Positions 29,034 to 38,945 of a stretch of DNA of 58,099 nucleotides are shown in pieces. The notes under the pieces were generated by a model. That model saw only the letters and a list, made by a program, of their open reading frames with translations. It ran no database searches and was not told the DNA's origin. The translations under genes were made by a program, and so were the position numbers. The DNA comes from a bacterium. GTDB lineage: Bacteria > Desulfobacterota > JADFVX01. Where the stretch lies: contig JAVVFD010000003.1 of the NCBI GenBank assembly GCA_032250935.1, forward strand, positions 1 through 58,099. The letters run 5' to 3'. How positions within the stretch are numbered: position 1 is the stretch's first letter; each line of letters begins with the position of its first letter.

Positions 29034-30041
29034 CTAATGGCCGAGGCGTTCAGCGATCTCGAGTGCCATAGGTTCTACCATTGGCCTGAAGCAATGAATA
29101 AATGAGCAATATCGGTTATTATGTGCAAGAGGGCCGCTAAAATATAGTCCCTTTGCAGAAACGCTTTCACAGTTCGGGCTTACAACGGGATATCCGTCGG
29201 CAGTCTTATCTACTTGCACTCCCACAAACTCAGGCAGCCCGGGCATATATCCAGTGGCGAATATTACTTCATCGAATTCGCCATCGCTTCCATTGCTGAA
29301 ACTGACCTTGCCGCCATCAATTGATGTAATCATACAGTCTTCCTTTAGCTCAATTATCTTGAACTTGATGAGCTCCTTTAAAAGACTTTCCGAAAGCCCT
29401 CTGATATTACTTAAATCATCGGTTTTGCTGTAATATCTAAGCTTGCTCCGCGCCGCAAGCGTTACAGTGGCAACCCCGGAAATTTCTATAGCGAGTTCAG
29501 CCCCGGAGTTTCCAGCTCCAACTATGAGAACTTTTTTCCCCCTGTATTCCTCAAGGCTCCTGCTTTTGCTGGAGTGAGTAACCAGGGGATTATTTTTTAT
29601 GCCTTTAATGTCCGGGATGAACGGGTTTCCGGCGACTCCTGTCGCGACAACAACTATAGAACTATTGTAAAGAACGCCCTCCTTTGTGGAAACGCTATAA
29701 CCTTTCTCCACAGCGCTGATCGTCGAAACTGACTTATTCTCAGATATATCAATGAAATTTTCCTGGGCAAAAAATTCAAGATAGGTGACGAATTCCTCCT
29801 TTGTCGCAAATGGCCCCTTAAGTTTAATGGCCGATGATATTGGGTTGTCAAAGGTGAGTGAGGTAAGGTCGTGACGCACGTCGGCAGGCGAAAGCATAGT
29901 CATGTAGTCCCTCATATTTCTCCAGGATTGTCCAAGCCTGTTCCTTTCAATAATGAGGGGCTTCACTCCAAATCTTTTAAGGTGGTAAGATGTTAGTAGC
30001 CCTGCAGGACCGCCACCAATAATTAAAACATCCTTATTCAC
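29034..30041 (-). CDS. NAD(P)/FAD-dependent oxidoreductase (class B flavoprotein monooxygenase / thioredoxin-reductase-like)
   Basis: IIGGGPAG FAD motif, VVATG, IVGAGNSG NAD(P) motif, IFATGY. Confidence 0.85.
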   Translation of the reverse strand: MNKDVLIIGGGPAGLLTSYHLKRFGVKPLIIERNRLGQSWRNMRDYMTMLSPADVRHDLTSLTFDNPISSAIKLKGPFATKEEFVTYLEFFAQENFIDISENKSVSTISAVEKGYSVSTKEGVLYNSSIVVVATGVAGNPFIPDIKGIKNNPLVTHSSKSRSLEEYRGKKVLIVGAGNSGAELAIEISGVATVTLAARSKLRYYSKTDDLSNIRGLSESLLKELIKFKIIELKEDCMITSIDGGKVSFSNGSDGEFDEVIFATGYMPGLPEFVGVQVDKTADGYPVVSPNCESVSAKGLYFSGPLAHNNRYCSFIHCFRPMVEPMALEIAERLGH

Positions 30042-30076
30042 AAAACATCTCCATTACAATAGGCAGCCAAACCAGG

Positions 30077-30976
30077 CTATATAATATAACTTGATATAAT
30101 CCCGGCAAGTATGATAAATCCGGCAAGCACGTTCGATTTAAAGGCAGAAAAAGCGATTTCTCTGTCCATAGACTTTCCTGTTTGAATGACTTGGCGCAAA
30201 AAGATAAGCCCAGCCATAATAAGTGACAGATAAAAGGGCGGTCCCAGCGCCGAACTTATTCCAACTGAAAGAAGCAGGGCTAAAGTCAGAGAAAAAAATA
30301 AAGCAATGGCCTCACGTACGTAATCACCAAAAAAAATAGCAGCCGATTTGACCCCAACTTTGATGTCGTCTTCGATATCCATCATAGCATAAACCGTATC
30401 ATAAGCAAGCGCCCATGAGACGGTGGAAAAAAAGATCAGGAATGCAGTCGGATCCAGTCTCTCCCTAACGGCAGCCCATACGATAATGGAGCCCCATCCA
30501 AAAGCTATTCCTAAAAAAAGCTGGGGAACAGAAATAAAGCGTTTTGTAAATGGATATAGAATAACGAAAAAAAGACATAAAGGGCTTAGTATGAACGCCA
30601 GTCTATTCAGGTAAAAAGCGAGAAATGCAGCCAGCAGGACGGTAAGAAGAAAAACGACTATTGCATGGGCAAGGCTCATTCTACCCGAAGCAAGCGGCCT
30701 CTCCCTTGTTCTATCTACGTGAGGATCGAAATTTCTGTCGGCAATATCATTGATTGCGCAGCCGGCACTTCGCATCAGGAAGGCGCCCCCTATTATAACA
30801 ATTCCAAGTATGGGATCAGGTCTTCCCTCGGAGGCTATGAACAGGGCCCATAGAGCCGGCAGAAGAACCAGAAAAGTGCCATACTGCTTCTCAATTCTAA
30901 GAAGCGCCCAGACGGCGGCCAAGTTAAATGAGGGTGCTGGGCGGTCAGAATTTTCCTGTTTCTCCATCATTTTCAT
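30077..30976 (-). CDS. ubiA: 4-hydroxybenzoate polyprenyltransferase
   Basis: MRSAGCAINDIADRNFDPHVDRTRERPLASG and YDTVYAMMDIEDD Asp-rich motifs, YPFTKRF, multiple TMs. Confidence 0.9.
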   Translation of the reverse strand: MKMMEKQENSDRPAPSFNLAAVWALLRIEKQYGTFLVLLPALWALFIASEGRPDPILGIVIIGGAFLMRSAGCAINDIADRNFDPHVDRTRERPLASGRMSLAHAIVVFLLTVLLAAFLAFYLNRLAFILSPLCLFFVILYPFTKRFISVPQLFLGIAFGWGSIIVWAAVRERLDPTAFLIFFSTVSWALAYDTVYAMMDIEDDIKVGVKSAAIFFGDYVREAIALFFSLTLALLLSVGISSALGPPFYLSLIMAGLIFLRQVIQTGKSMDREIAFSAFKSNVLAGFIILAGIISSYII

Positions 30977-31032
30977 TCAGGCGGCAAAGCAAGAGTCGAA
31001 TTTATTTTGTTAAGGAAGGGAAATAATGGAAA

Positions 31033-33579
31033 CTAAAACTCTTCCCTCAGGAACATGCCGGGCTCAACCTCGGTCTGCATAGCATTCTTTGTTGGGGCCG
31101 TTCCCTCGACGAAGGCTTCGAATATAACATTTTCCTCTTGGTCAGGGGCGGCGAGCAGCCCTGTTTTGGCATCTATTTTAGCAAATACGATCCCCTCGGG
31201 TATAGGGAATGTCTCAACGGGCCTGTCTTCATAAACCTCTTTCATAAAGTCTACGAAGATTGGAGCGGCAGCCCTGGAGCCGGTTTCATTTTTTCCTAGC
31301 GGGGCTTCCTGATCAAAGCCAACCCATGATGCCGTAACAAGGTCTGGAGTAAAACCGACAAACCATGCATCATAAAGATCGTTTGTAGTTCCTGTCTTTC
31401 CACCGACAGGCCTCTTCAGGGCCTTTGCCCTCCAACCTGTTCCGTGCTGAACTACCCCTTGAAGAAGGTTGGACATAATATATGCCGTTTGCGGAGTTAT
31501 TGCGTATTCAGGAGGAAGGTTCAGCAGAGATTCCGGCAGCTCGACTATTTTAATATCTTCCCTTATCTCAACACCCGATTCAGGATCGGCCTTCACCTTA
31601 GTTTCTTCCCCTTGAGTATCAATTTCAGTATCAACTGCAGGAGCCGAGATAGCGGTTTCAGGCATATGCTCTTCAAGAACGTTTCCCTCTCTGTCCAGAA
31701 TTTTTGTAATAAAAATCGGTTTATGCCTCTTTCCGCCAGCCGGGAAAATGCTGAATGCCGATGTTACCTCCATTAGAGAAAGGCCGGAAGAGCCGAGAGC
31801 CAGAGATAGATCCCTATCAAGGTGGCTCCTTATTCCCATCCTTCTTGCATATTCGATGATATAGTCAAGGCCGAGATCCTGAACTATCTTTATACTGACT
31901 ACATTTCTGGAATTAGTCAGGGCTGTCCTGAGTGTAGTGGGGCCGTAAAAGCGATCTTCGTAATTTTTAGGCTTCCAGGCGAAGTTGTCTTCATCCCCTT
32001 TGTATATTATCGGTGAATCGTGGATTATGGATGCAGGCGTATATCCGGCATCCAGTGCCGAAGCGTATATTATTGGTTTGAATGCTGAGCCCGGTTGCCT
32101 CCTTGATTGTATCGCCCTGTTGAATTTGCTCTTGGCAAAATCATAACCGCCGACCATAGTCCTGACGTAGCCATTTTGAGGCACAATTGACATTGTGGCC
32201 GCTTGTGCCTTTGGATGCTGATAAAGTGAGAAAGCGAGCCTCTCTTCATTTTTTACGGTGCCTCCGACTTTTACATGAATTAAGTCACCTACGGAGAGAG
32301 CCTCTGAAGGGGCCTTTATCCTCCCGTCCAGGAAGTCAACCTCAGTGTCGGGCGTTCTGGCCCATCTCATGTCGCTAAGAGGTATCCTCCCGACAGTTTG
32401 AGAGCTGATTTTAACATCGACATATTTTTCTTTATCGTTTACTTCAGTAACGACACCTTCATAGATTTCGCCCTCTTTTACAGGCTCGTTTTCGAATTTT
32501 TTCTCCAGTGATGCAATGAGCGCCTCGATTTCGTTCTCATTCACGTGCCTGATCGGGCCTCTGTAGCCCTGCCGTCTGTCCAATTCGAGAAGGTTTTTGC
32601 GGACCGCCGCCTGGGCTGCCTTTTGCATATCGGTATTGAGAGTAGTAAAGACGGTCAGCCCCTGTTTGTAGAGAGTGTCTGCACCGTAATTTTCTTCGAG
32701 ATAGCGCCTTATGTGCTCAGTAAAATAAGGCGCCTCTTCAAGGTTTATGTCATCAAGTGGAAAGACTTCTATGGGAGCGTTCATAGCATCTGTTGCATCT
32801 ACGATGTTAATGTATCCCTCGGCTACCATCCTGTCCAGGACATAGCTTCTCCTCTCTTTAGCTTTTTCCGGGTTTCTGGCGGGCGAATACTTACTCGGTG
32901 CTTGAGGCAGGCCCGCCAGTATAGTGATTTCAGCAAGGGTAAGATCACTGACGTCTTTGTGGAAATAACTTTGAGCGGCCGCCTGGACGCCATAGGCTCC
33001 GTGGCCGAGATATATTTGATTTAAATAAAGGTAAAGTATGTCGTTTTTTGAAAAAGATTTTTCTATACGATTGGCTAGAACCGCTTCCTTGAATTTCCTC
33101 TTAAAGGTCCTGTCGGAGGTAAGAAGAGATTTTGCGACCTGCTGGGTTATGGTGCTTCCGCCCTGAACAACGCCACCGGCCCTCACATTTTTAATAAAAG
33201 CCCTTAAGATACTCATGAAGTCGATCCCCTCATGCTCAAAAAAACGGTCATCTTCGGCAGCCACAAAAGCCTGGATCAGCAGCTTAGGGACCCTTGATAT
33301 AGGGATAATTTCTCTCTTTTCAGTCGCGAATTCACCTATTTGAATGCCATTTTCTGAATAAACCTTGGTAATGATATCCGGCTTATAATCGGAGATATTG
33401 TCGAGCTCGGGCAGGTCTTTAATGAGATAATAAGCGAACCCTGCAGCAGTGCTAAAAGTAAGAATACCTAGAAATAACAGGATCTTAAGGACCATTTTTT
33501 TAAAGGTCCGCTTCCCTTTATTTCCGTACCCGCCACTCTTAATTCTTATCGTGCCACGTCCAAACATTCTTAAACCCAT
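31033..33579 (-). CDS. mrcA: penicillin-binding protein 1A (transglycosylase/transpeptidase)
   Basis: N-terminal TM, AEDDRFFEHEG, QGGSTITQQ, GSAFKP (SxxK), SRN, GKTGT; OB-like insert. Confidence 0.93.
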   Translation of the reverse strand: MGLRMFGRGTIRIKSGGYGNKGKRTFKKMVLKILLFLGILTFSTAAGFAYYLIKDLPELDNISDYKPDIITKVYSENGIQIGEFATEKREIIPISRVPKLLIQAFVAAEDDRFFEHEGIDFMSILRAFIKNVRAGGVVQGGSTITQQVAKSLLTSDRTFKRKFKEAVLANRIEKSFSKNDILYLYLNQIYLGHGAYGVQAAAQSYFHKDVSDLTLAEITILAGLPQAPSKYSPARNPEKAKERRSYVLDRMVAEGYINIVDATDAMNAPIEVFPLDDINLEEAPYFTEHIRRYLEENYGADTLYKQGLTVFTTLNTDMQKAAQAAVRKNLLELDRRQGYRGPIRHVNENEIEALIASLEKKFENEPVKEGEIYEGVVTEVNDKEKYVDVKISSQTVGRIPLSDMRWARTPDTEVDFLDGRIKAPSEALSVGDLIHVKVGGTVKNEERLAFSLYQHPKAQAATMSIVPQNGYVRTMVGGYDFAKSKFNRAIQSRRQPGSAFKPIIYASALDAGYTPASIIHDSPIIYKGDEDNFAWKPKNYEDRFYGPTTLRTALTNSRNVVSIKIVQDLGLDYIIEYARRMGIRSHLDRDLSLALGSSGLSLMEVTSAFSIFPAGGKRHKPIFITKILDREGNVLEEHMPETAISAPAVDTEIDTQGEETKVKADPESGVEIREDIKIVELPESLLNLPPEYAITPQTAYIMSNLLQGVVQHGTGWRAKALKRPVGGKTGTTNDLYDAWFVGFTPDLVTASWVGFDQEAPLGKNETGSRAAAPIFVDFMKEVYEDRPVETFPIPEGIVFAKIDAKTGLLAAPDQEENVIFEAFVEGTAPTKNAMQTEVEPGMFLREEF

Positions 33580-33774
33580 TTTAATATTTAAGTAAACTTA
33601 GCAATCTAACAGATATCGGATACAATATCAAGGTGCAATTGGCATAAAAAAGTCAAAATTTATATGTATTTAGCCTGACTAATAAGCAATAGCATTTATA
33701 TTGATAAATCCTCTCAAAGATAATAACATCCATCTTTAGAATAAAGATGACAAAGTATCAGGTTAACTATACTT

Positions 33775-36453
33775 ATGATCGAAGTACCTATCACTGAAAT
33801 AGCCTCAGGCACCCCATTTATCACATCAAACAGGCGGCTTTCGACCTATGTCCGGAGTCAATATGACATGGCGATGCAGGAAAGGGGGGGGCTGGTCTGG
33901 AACTCGCCTACCCTTATTCCCTGGCTCGCCTGGTTGGAAAAAATGAGGGCTGAAACTCGACCGGACAGACCGATCATGTCTGAGCTGGCCGCGCTCTCTC
34001 TTTGGGAGGAGGTATTGAGAAATGACCTGCTGTTTAAGAAAGGGGAAGTTCTAGTTGAAGGAGGGGTGATAAAGTCTGCCTATGATGCCTACGATCTCAT
34101 AAAGGAATACAGACTTACTCTCCCTGATGACGATATCTACTCAAGCCCGGAAGTCTCAGCGCTTACAAGATGGATAAGATCATATAGTGAAAAAGTTGCC
34201 GATCTTGGATTTGAAGAAAGGCTTAATTTGCCTGATGAAATTACATTTTTTATTGATAAGGGTGAAATTAAACCGGGCAAAAGACTTATATTGGCAGGCT
34301 TTGATGAACTCACTCCGCAGCAGTCAGGGGTCGTTAGGGCCTTAGAGGAAAAAGGGTGCCAAGTCAAGTTCTGGCCGTCAAAGCCAAAGATTGATATATC
34401 GGCGTCGGCCGGATTGAGATTGCCGCAGTCTGTAAAGCTGGAACTTTTTGAGAATGAATTAGAAGAGGTTATATATACAGCAAGGTGGATAAGAAAGATT
34501 TACCGCCCGGGGATGAGAATTGGAATTATTGTGCCTGCCCTAAACCTGTATAAGGATATGATAAACAGGGAATTGGCAGCGGAGTTGGCGCCTTCATCGG
34601 TGATGCCATCCAGAAGCAACAATAAGCTGATTAATGTGTCGCTTGGCGAGAGTTTGTTTGATTCGCCTATAGTGCGGTATGCACTTAATGTTTTGTCGCT
34701 CGACGGCAGAAGGCATGAGTTAGAGCTTATAAGTTCCATCCTTCTTTCTCCCTTTGCGGGAAAGAGCGGCCCGGAGAAGTTGCATCTTGCCAAGATAGAT
34801 TCGGCACTGAAAAAAGAAAGCCACCTTCTCCTATCGATCTCTGAGTTAAAATCAATGGTGGAGTTTGATAGCGCCCCTTACATGTTTACACTACTTGAAG
34901 AGGCGGAAAAAATAAATCAGGAAGACAGGCAAAGACGCTTTCCGGGCAGCTGGAGTAAAGAGTTTGATATATTCCTGAAAAGATTTGTTCAACCTGTACA
35001 GGGTGATGAACTTTCTGGTGTAGAATACCAGGCCCTGGGAGCTCTGGGGGAGGTGCTTTCCTCTTTCGCATCCCTGGATGATATAACAGGTCCCATAGAT
35101 AGAAATGAAGCGCTAATGCGGATTAAAAAAATAATTCGCGATAAGATTCATCAGCCGGAAACGGATGAGAGTCCAATTCAGGTAATGGGCCTGCTTGAAT
35201 CTTCAGGACTGTCCTTTGATCATATAAGGTTGATCGGGGCCCATGATAAGGTACTGCCCGGAGATCCGGCGCCAAATCCATTTCTTCCGCTTCACATTCA
35301 AAAAAAATATCAGCTTCCCAGGTCATCCTATGACAGGGAGCTGGCTTTTGCATCTGTTCAACTAAATAGAATAATTGGAGCTTCATCAAACTTCAGTGTA
35401 AGCGCTCCCAAGAGTCTGAACAACGTGGCGGTAAATATTTCACCCATGTTTTTTGGGTCGGAGATTATATCTGGCAAAAGAGAAGAGGAAAAAAGTGTGA
35501 GACAGATTGATCTGATCCATGATATAGGAAGACTTGAGCCTCTACAGAAAGAGACGAATATACCTCTTCTTAAAGATGAGTTGCTAAGCTTAAGGGGAGG
35601 CAGCTCCATATTAAAGAATCAGTCTGACTGCCCCTTCAGGGCCTTTGCAATACACAGGCTTTACTCAAGCGGTATTGATGAGCCTGAGGCGGGTATGACT
35701 TCCATGGAGCGCGGCAATATCGTTCATAAGGTGATGGAGCTTTTCTGGGAGAAGACAAAAGATTCTAAAGAACTTCAAAAAATGATAAATGAAGGCTCTC
35801 TGGATGAAGCGATAGCTGATGCGGTTACGGCTGGACTTAAGCAGGCAGCGCCGGCAAGAAAGCTGGGCAAACGGTATATGGATATTGAGCTGACAAGATT
35901 GATCTCGCTTGTTCGTGAATGGCTTGAAATTGAAGCTGAAAGAGATGAATTTAGTGCGATCACAAGAGAATTTGAAAAGGAGATTACTGTCGCCGGCCTG
36001 CCTCTGCTTGCGCGAATAGACCGTATCGATGAACTGGGTGAGGGGGCAAAAGCCCTGATAGATTACAAGACGGGAGCATCCGGACCGAATGACTGGCTTA
36101 CTAAAAGACCGAAAGAACCTCAGCTCATGCTTTACGCTATGAGCGGAGATTTTGATGCCGTCTCCTTTGCAAAATTAAAACGTGGCGAGAGCGGTTTTGC
36201 AGGGATAGCAAAAGAAGAGGGGATTTTGCCGAGGGTAAAGGCTTTCGGCAGCGAGCCCTTTTCGAAAAAGCTGGAAGGGGTTGAAGGTTGGGATCAGTTG
36301 ATTAATGAATGGAGAAACACCGTTGAAGGGCTGGGTAAAAGTTTTATGGAGGGTGAGGCCGATGTCGACCCTAGAGGCTATGGGAAAGAGGATTCAGCAT
36401 GCAGGTATTGCGATCAGGTCCCCCTCTGTAGGCTCTTCGAGGCGAGTTGCTGA
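33775..36453 (+). CDS. AddB/RexB-like DNA repair protein (inactive helicase + PD-(D/E)XK nuclease with Fe-S cysteines)
   Basis: GFDELTP, CPFRAFA, ERGNIVH, RIDRID...IDYKTG, QLMLY, CRYCDQVPLC. Confidence 0.85.
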   Translation: MIEVPITEIASGTPFITSNRRLSTYVRSQYDMAMQERGGLVWNSPTLIPWLAWLEKMRAETRPDRPIMSELAALSLWEEVLRNDLLFKKGEVLVEGGVIKSAYDAYDLIKEYRLTLPDDDIYSSPEVSALTRWIRSYSEKVADLGFEERLNLPDEITFFIDKGEIKPGKRLILAGFDELTPQQSGVVRALEEKGCQVKFWPSKPKIDISASAGLRLPQSVKLELFENELEEVIYTARWIRKIYRPGMRIGIIVPALNLYKDMINRELAAELAPSSVMPSRSNNKLINVSLGESLFDSPIVRYALNVLSLDGRRHELELISSILLSPFAGKSGPEKLHLAKIDSALKKESHLLLSISELKSMVEFDSAPYMFTLLEEAEKINQEDRQRRFPGSWSKEFDIFLKRFVQPVQGDELSGVEYQALGALGEVLSSFASLDDITGPIDRNEALMRIKKIIRDKIHQPETDESPIQVMGLLESSGLSFDHIRLIGAHDKVLPGDPAPNPFLPLHIQKKYQLPRSSYDRELAFASVQLNRIIGASSNFSVSAPKSLNNVAVNISPMFFGSEIISGKREEEKSVRQIDLIHDIGRLEPLQKETNIPLLKDELLSLRGGSSILKNQSDCPFRAFAIHRLYSSGIDEPEAGMTSMERGNIVHKVMELFWEKTKDSKELQKMINEGSLDEAIADAVTAGLKQAAPARKLGKRYMDIELTRLISLVREWLEIEAERDEFSAITREFEKEITVAGLPLLARIDRIDELGEGAKALIDYKTGASGPNDWLTKRPKEPQLMLYAMSGDFDAVSFAKLKRGESGFAGIAKEEGILPRVKAFGSEPFSKKLEGVEGWDQLINEWRNTVEGLGKSFMEGEADVDPRGYGKEDSACRYCDQVPLCRLFEASC

Positions 36454-36507
36454 TGAATTGCAGTATCGGCATAAAAAAGAACTTAGCCCTTTCCGGGAGT
36501 GTGATTG

Positions 36508-37539
36508 ATGAATAGAAGGGTCTGCGGACTCCTGGCCGATGAAAGATTCCTCATGCATGAAACGGGAGCACACCTTGAGACTCCGGCCAGGTTAAGGGCT
36601 CTCTACGACATGTTGGACAGGGAAGGCCTTCGTGCCCGCATGGTAGGAATAGAAGCCCGCCGTGCCACGATAGAAGAGCTGGCTCTAAATCACACTCTTT
36701 CATATATTGAGATGCTTGAAAGAATGGGAGCAGGCAGCCTTGATGCCGATACGGTGGTTTCGGCCGGATCCCATGAGACGGCCCTCCTTGCAGCAGGCGG
36801 ATGCCTGAATATGGTAGATGCCGTTATGGAAGGCGACATCTCAAGCGGACTTGCCCTTGTCCGCCCGCCGGGGCATCATGCGGAGAGCGGCAGGGGGATG
36901 GGCTTTTGCCTCTTCAATAACATCGCCATAGCTGCCAGACATCTTATAGGGCGGCACGGCGCCAAGAGGGTCGCCATCCTCGACTGGGACCTTCATCATG
37001 GCAACGGCACGCAGCACTCTTTTTACGGCGAGAAAGAGGTCCTCTACATCTCTTTACACCAGAGTCCCTGCTATCCCGGAACGGGGATGCTGACAGAGAC
37101 GGGTGAAGGTGATGGAGAAGGCTTTACCCTGAACCTGCCGATCCCGCAAGGGGTGGGGGACAGGGGGTATGTGAGGGCCTTTAAAGAACTCTTTATCCCG
37201 GCCATGACCGCCTACGGGCCTGATATAATACTTGTCTCGGCCGGTTTCGACTCTCATAGATTTGATCCGCTAGGGGGGATGGAGGTCTCGGCGGGAGGTT
37301 TCGGCGAGATGACCCGTTTGCTTATGAATAGGGCAGATGATCTCTGCGGCGGCAAGATCGCCTTCTTTCTTGAAGGAGGTTATTCACTGGACGGCCTTGC
37401 CGAATCTGTAAAAGAGGTGGCCCTTGGGATGCTTGGTGAAAAGGAAGCGAGCCCCGTCGTCCTGACGGAAGGGGTGGGGATCGACTCAGTCCTGGAAGCG
37501 GCAAAGATGATACATGGAAAATATATAGGGAACTTTTAG
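36508..37539 (+). CDS. histone deacetylase family protein (AcuC/AphA-like)
   Basis: RPPGHHA, GFCLFNN, DWDLHHGNGT, SAGFD, LEGGY. Confidence 0.95.
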   Translation: MNRRVCGLLADERFLMHETGAHLETPARLRALYDMLDREGLRARMVGIEARRATIEELALNHTLSYIEMLERMGAGSLDADTVVSAGSHETALLAAGGCLNMVDAVMEGDISSGLALVRPPGHHAESGRGMGFCLFNNIAIAARHLIGRHGAKRVAILDWDLHHGNGTQHSFYGEKEVLYISLHQSPCYPGTGMLTETGEGDGEGFTLNLPIPQGVGDRGYVRAFKELFIPAMTAYGPDIILVSAGFDSHRFDPLGGMEVSAGGFGEMTRLLMNRADDLCGGKIAFFLEGGYSLDGLAESVKEVALGMLGEKEASPVVLTEGVGIDSVLEAAKMIHGKYIGNF

Positions 37540-37598
37540 AGCTTTCTTTTTACAAATATAATTAACGTCTTACGGCAAACTTTAGCTAAGGAGCTTAA

Positions 37599-38945
37599 AT
37601 GAAAAATATCAGACCGATTATTCTCACTTTGATTATTTCCCTCTCCCTCTATGGGCAGAGTTCAGCTTCCCTCCTTGGAGATGTTAAGGTCGACTACCTT
37701 AAAAACGGCCTTAAGGTGATAACCATAGAAGACCACAAAGATCCGGTGATCTCATTTCAGGTATGGTACGGGGTTGGGGGGATCAATGAGGTCACGGGCA
37801 AGACCGGTCTTGCCCACCTGACGGAACATATGATGTTCAAAGGGTCGAAAAAATACGCAAAGGGCGAGGTCTCAAGGACGGTGGCAAGGCATGGAGGGAC
37901 GGAAAACGCCTTCACGAGCCAGGACTATACGGCCTATTTCCAAAACTTTGCAAAAGAAAAACTAGAGATCTCCCTCGACCTTGAATCGGACAGGATGGCA
38001 AACCTCGTCGTCGATCCCGAAGAGTTCCTCCTCGAAAGGGACGTGGTCATGGAGGAGAGGCGCCAGCGTACCGATGATGACCCCACATCAAGCGTCGTCG
38101 AGGCGATGTATGCCGCCGCATTCAATATCCATCCCTACAGGAACCCCGTAATAGGATGGATGACGGACCTTGAAAACCTAAGCCGCGAAGATTTGCTAGG
38201 CTGGTACAAGACCTACTACCAGCCGAATAATGCCACCATAATTGTGGCCGGAGACATAACAAGGGATGAACTGCTGCCCAGTGTAAGAAAGTATTTCGGT
38301 TCCATACCGAAGGGGTCCGAGCCTCCGGCCATGAACATCGTTGAGCCGGAGCAGAAGGGGGAAAGAAGGGTGTGGGTAAAAAGAGAGGCCCAGCTCCCCT
38401 TCGTCTTTGCAGGATACAAGGTTCCGAGCATTGGAAACAGCGACGAATATCCACTGGAGGTGCTGGCAAATATCCTCTCGAAGGGGCGCAGTTCAAGGCT
38501 TCACCGCGCGCTTGTCTACGACAGGCAGATAGCAGTCTACGCAGGCGGAAGCTACGACGGCATCTCAAGTGGACCGGGACTCTTTTATTTCTACGCCGGG
38601 GCCAAGCCGGCTGTAAAGATCGAGGAGGTGGAGGGAGCCTTATATGAGGAACTTGAAAAGATAAAGGAAGGTGGCATAAGTAAAGAAGAACTTGAGAAGG
38701 CTAAAAATCAGGTGGAGGCTTCCTTTATAATGGGGCAGGATTCCATTTTTTACCAGGCGATGATGCTGGGAAGGCTGGAGGCTGCCGGAGTGGGACATGA
38801 ATATCTGGAGGCTTATCTTGAAGGGATCAGATCGGTAAAAATGGCTGATGTTAAGAGAGTGGCGGAAAAATATTTCATAAAAGATAAAAGAACCGTCGGC
38901 ATACTGGTGCCGGAAAGGAAGGCGGAAAGAAAGGAGAAAAAATAA
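37599..38945 (+). CDS. M16 family zinc peptidase, catalytic subunit (exported)
   Basis: signal peptide, GLAHLTEHMMFKGS (HxxEH), NAFTSQDYTAY, VVMEERR. Confidence 0.93.
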   Translation: MKNIRPIILTLIISLSLYGQSSASLLGDVKVDYLKNGLKVITIEDHKDPVISFQVWYGVGGINEVTGKTGLAHLTEHMMFKGSKKYAKGEVSRTVARHGGTENAFTSQDYTAYFQNFAKEKLEISLDLESDRMANLVVDPEEFLLERDVVMEERRQRTDDDPTSSVVEAMYAAAFNIHPYRNPVIGWMTDLENLSREDLLGWYKTYYQPNNATIIVAGDITRDELLPSVRKYFGSIPKGSEPPAMNIVEPEQKGERRVWVKREAQLPFVFAGYKVPSIGNSDEYPLEVLANILSKGRSSRLHRALVYDRQIAVYAGGSYDGISSGPGLFYFYAGAKPAVKIEEVEGALYEELEKIKEGGISKEELEKAKNQVEASFIMGQDSIFYQAMMLGRLEAAGVGHEYLEAYLEGIRSVKMADVKRVAEKYFIKDKRTVGILVPERKAERKEKK

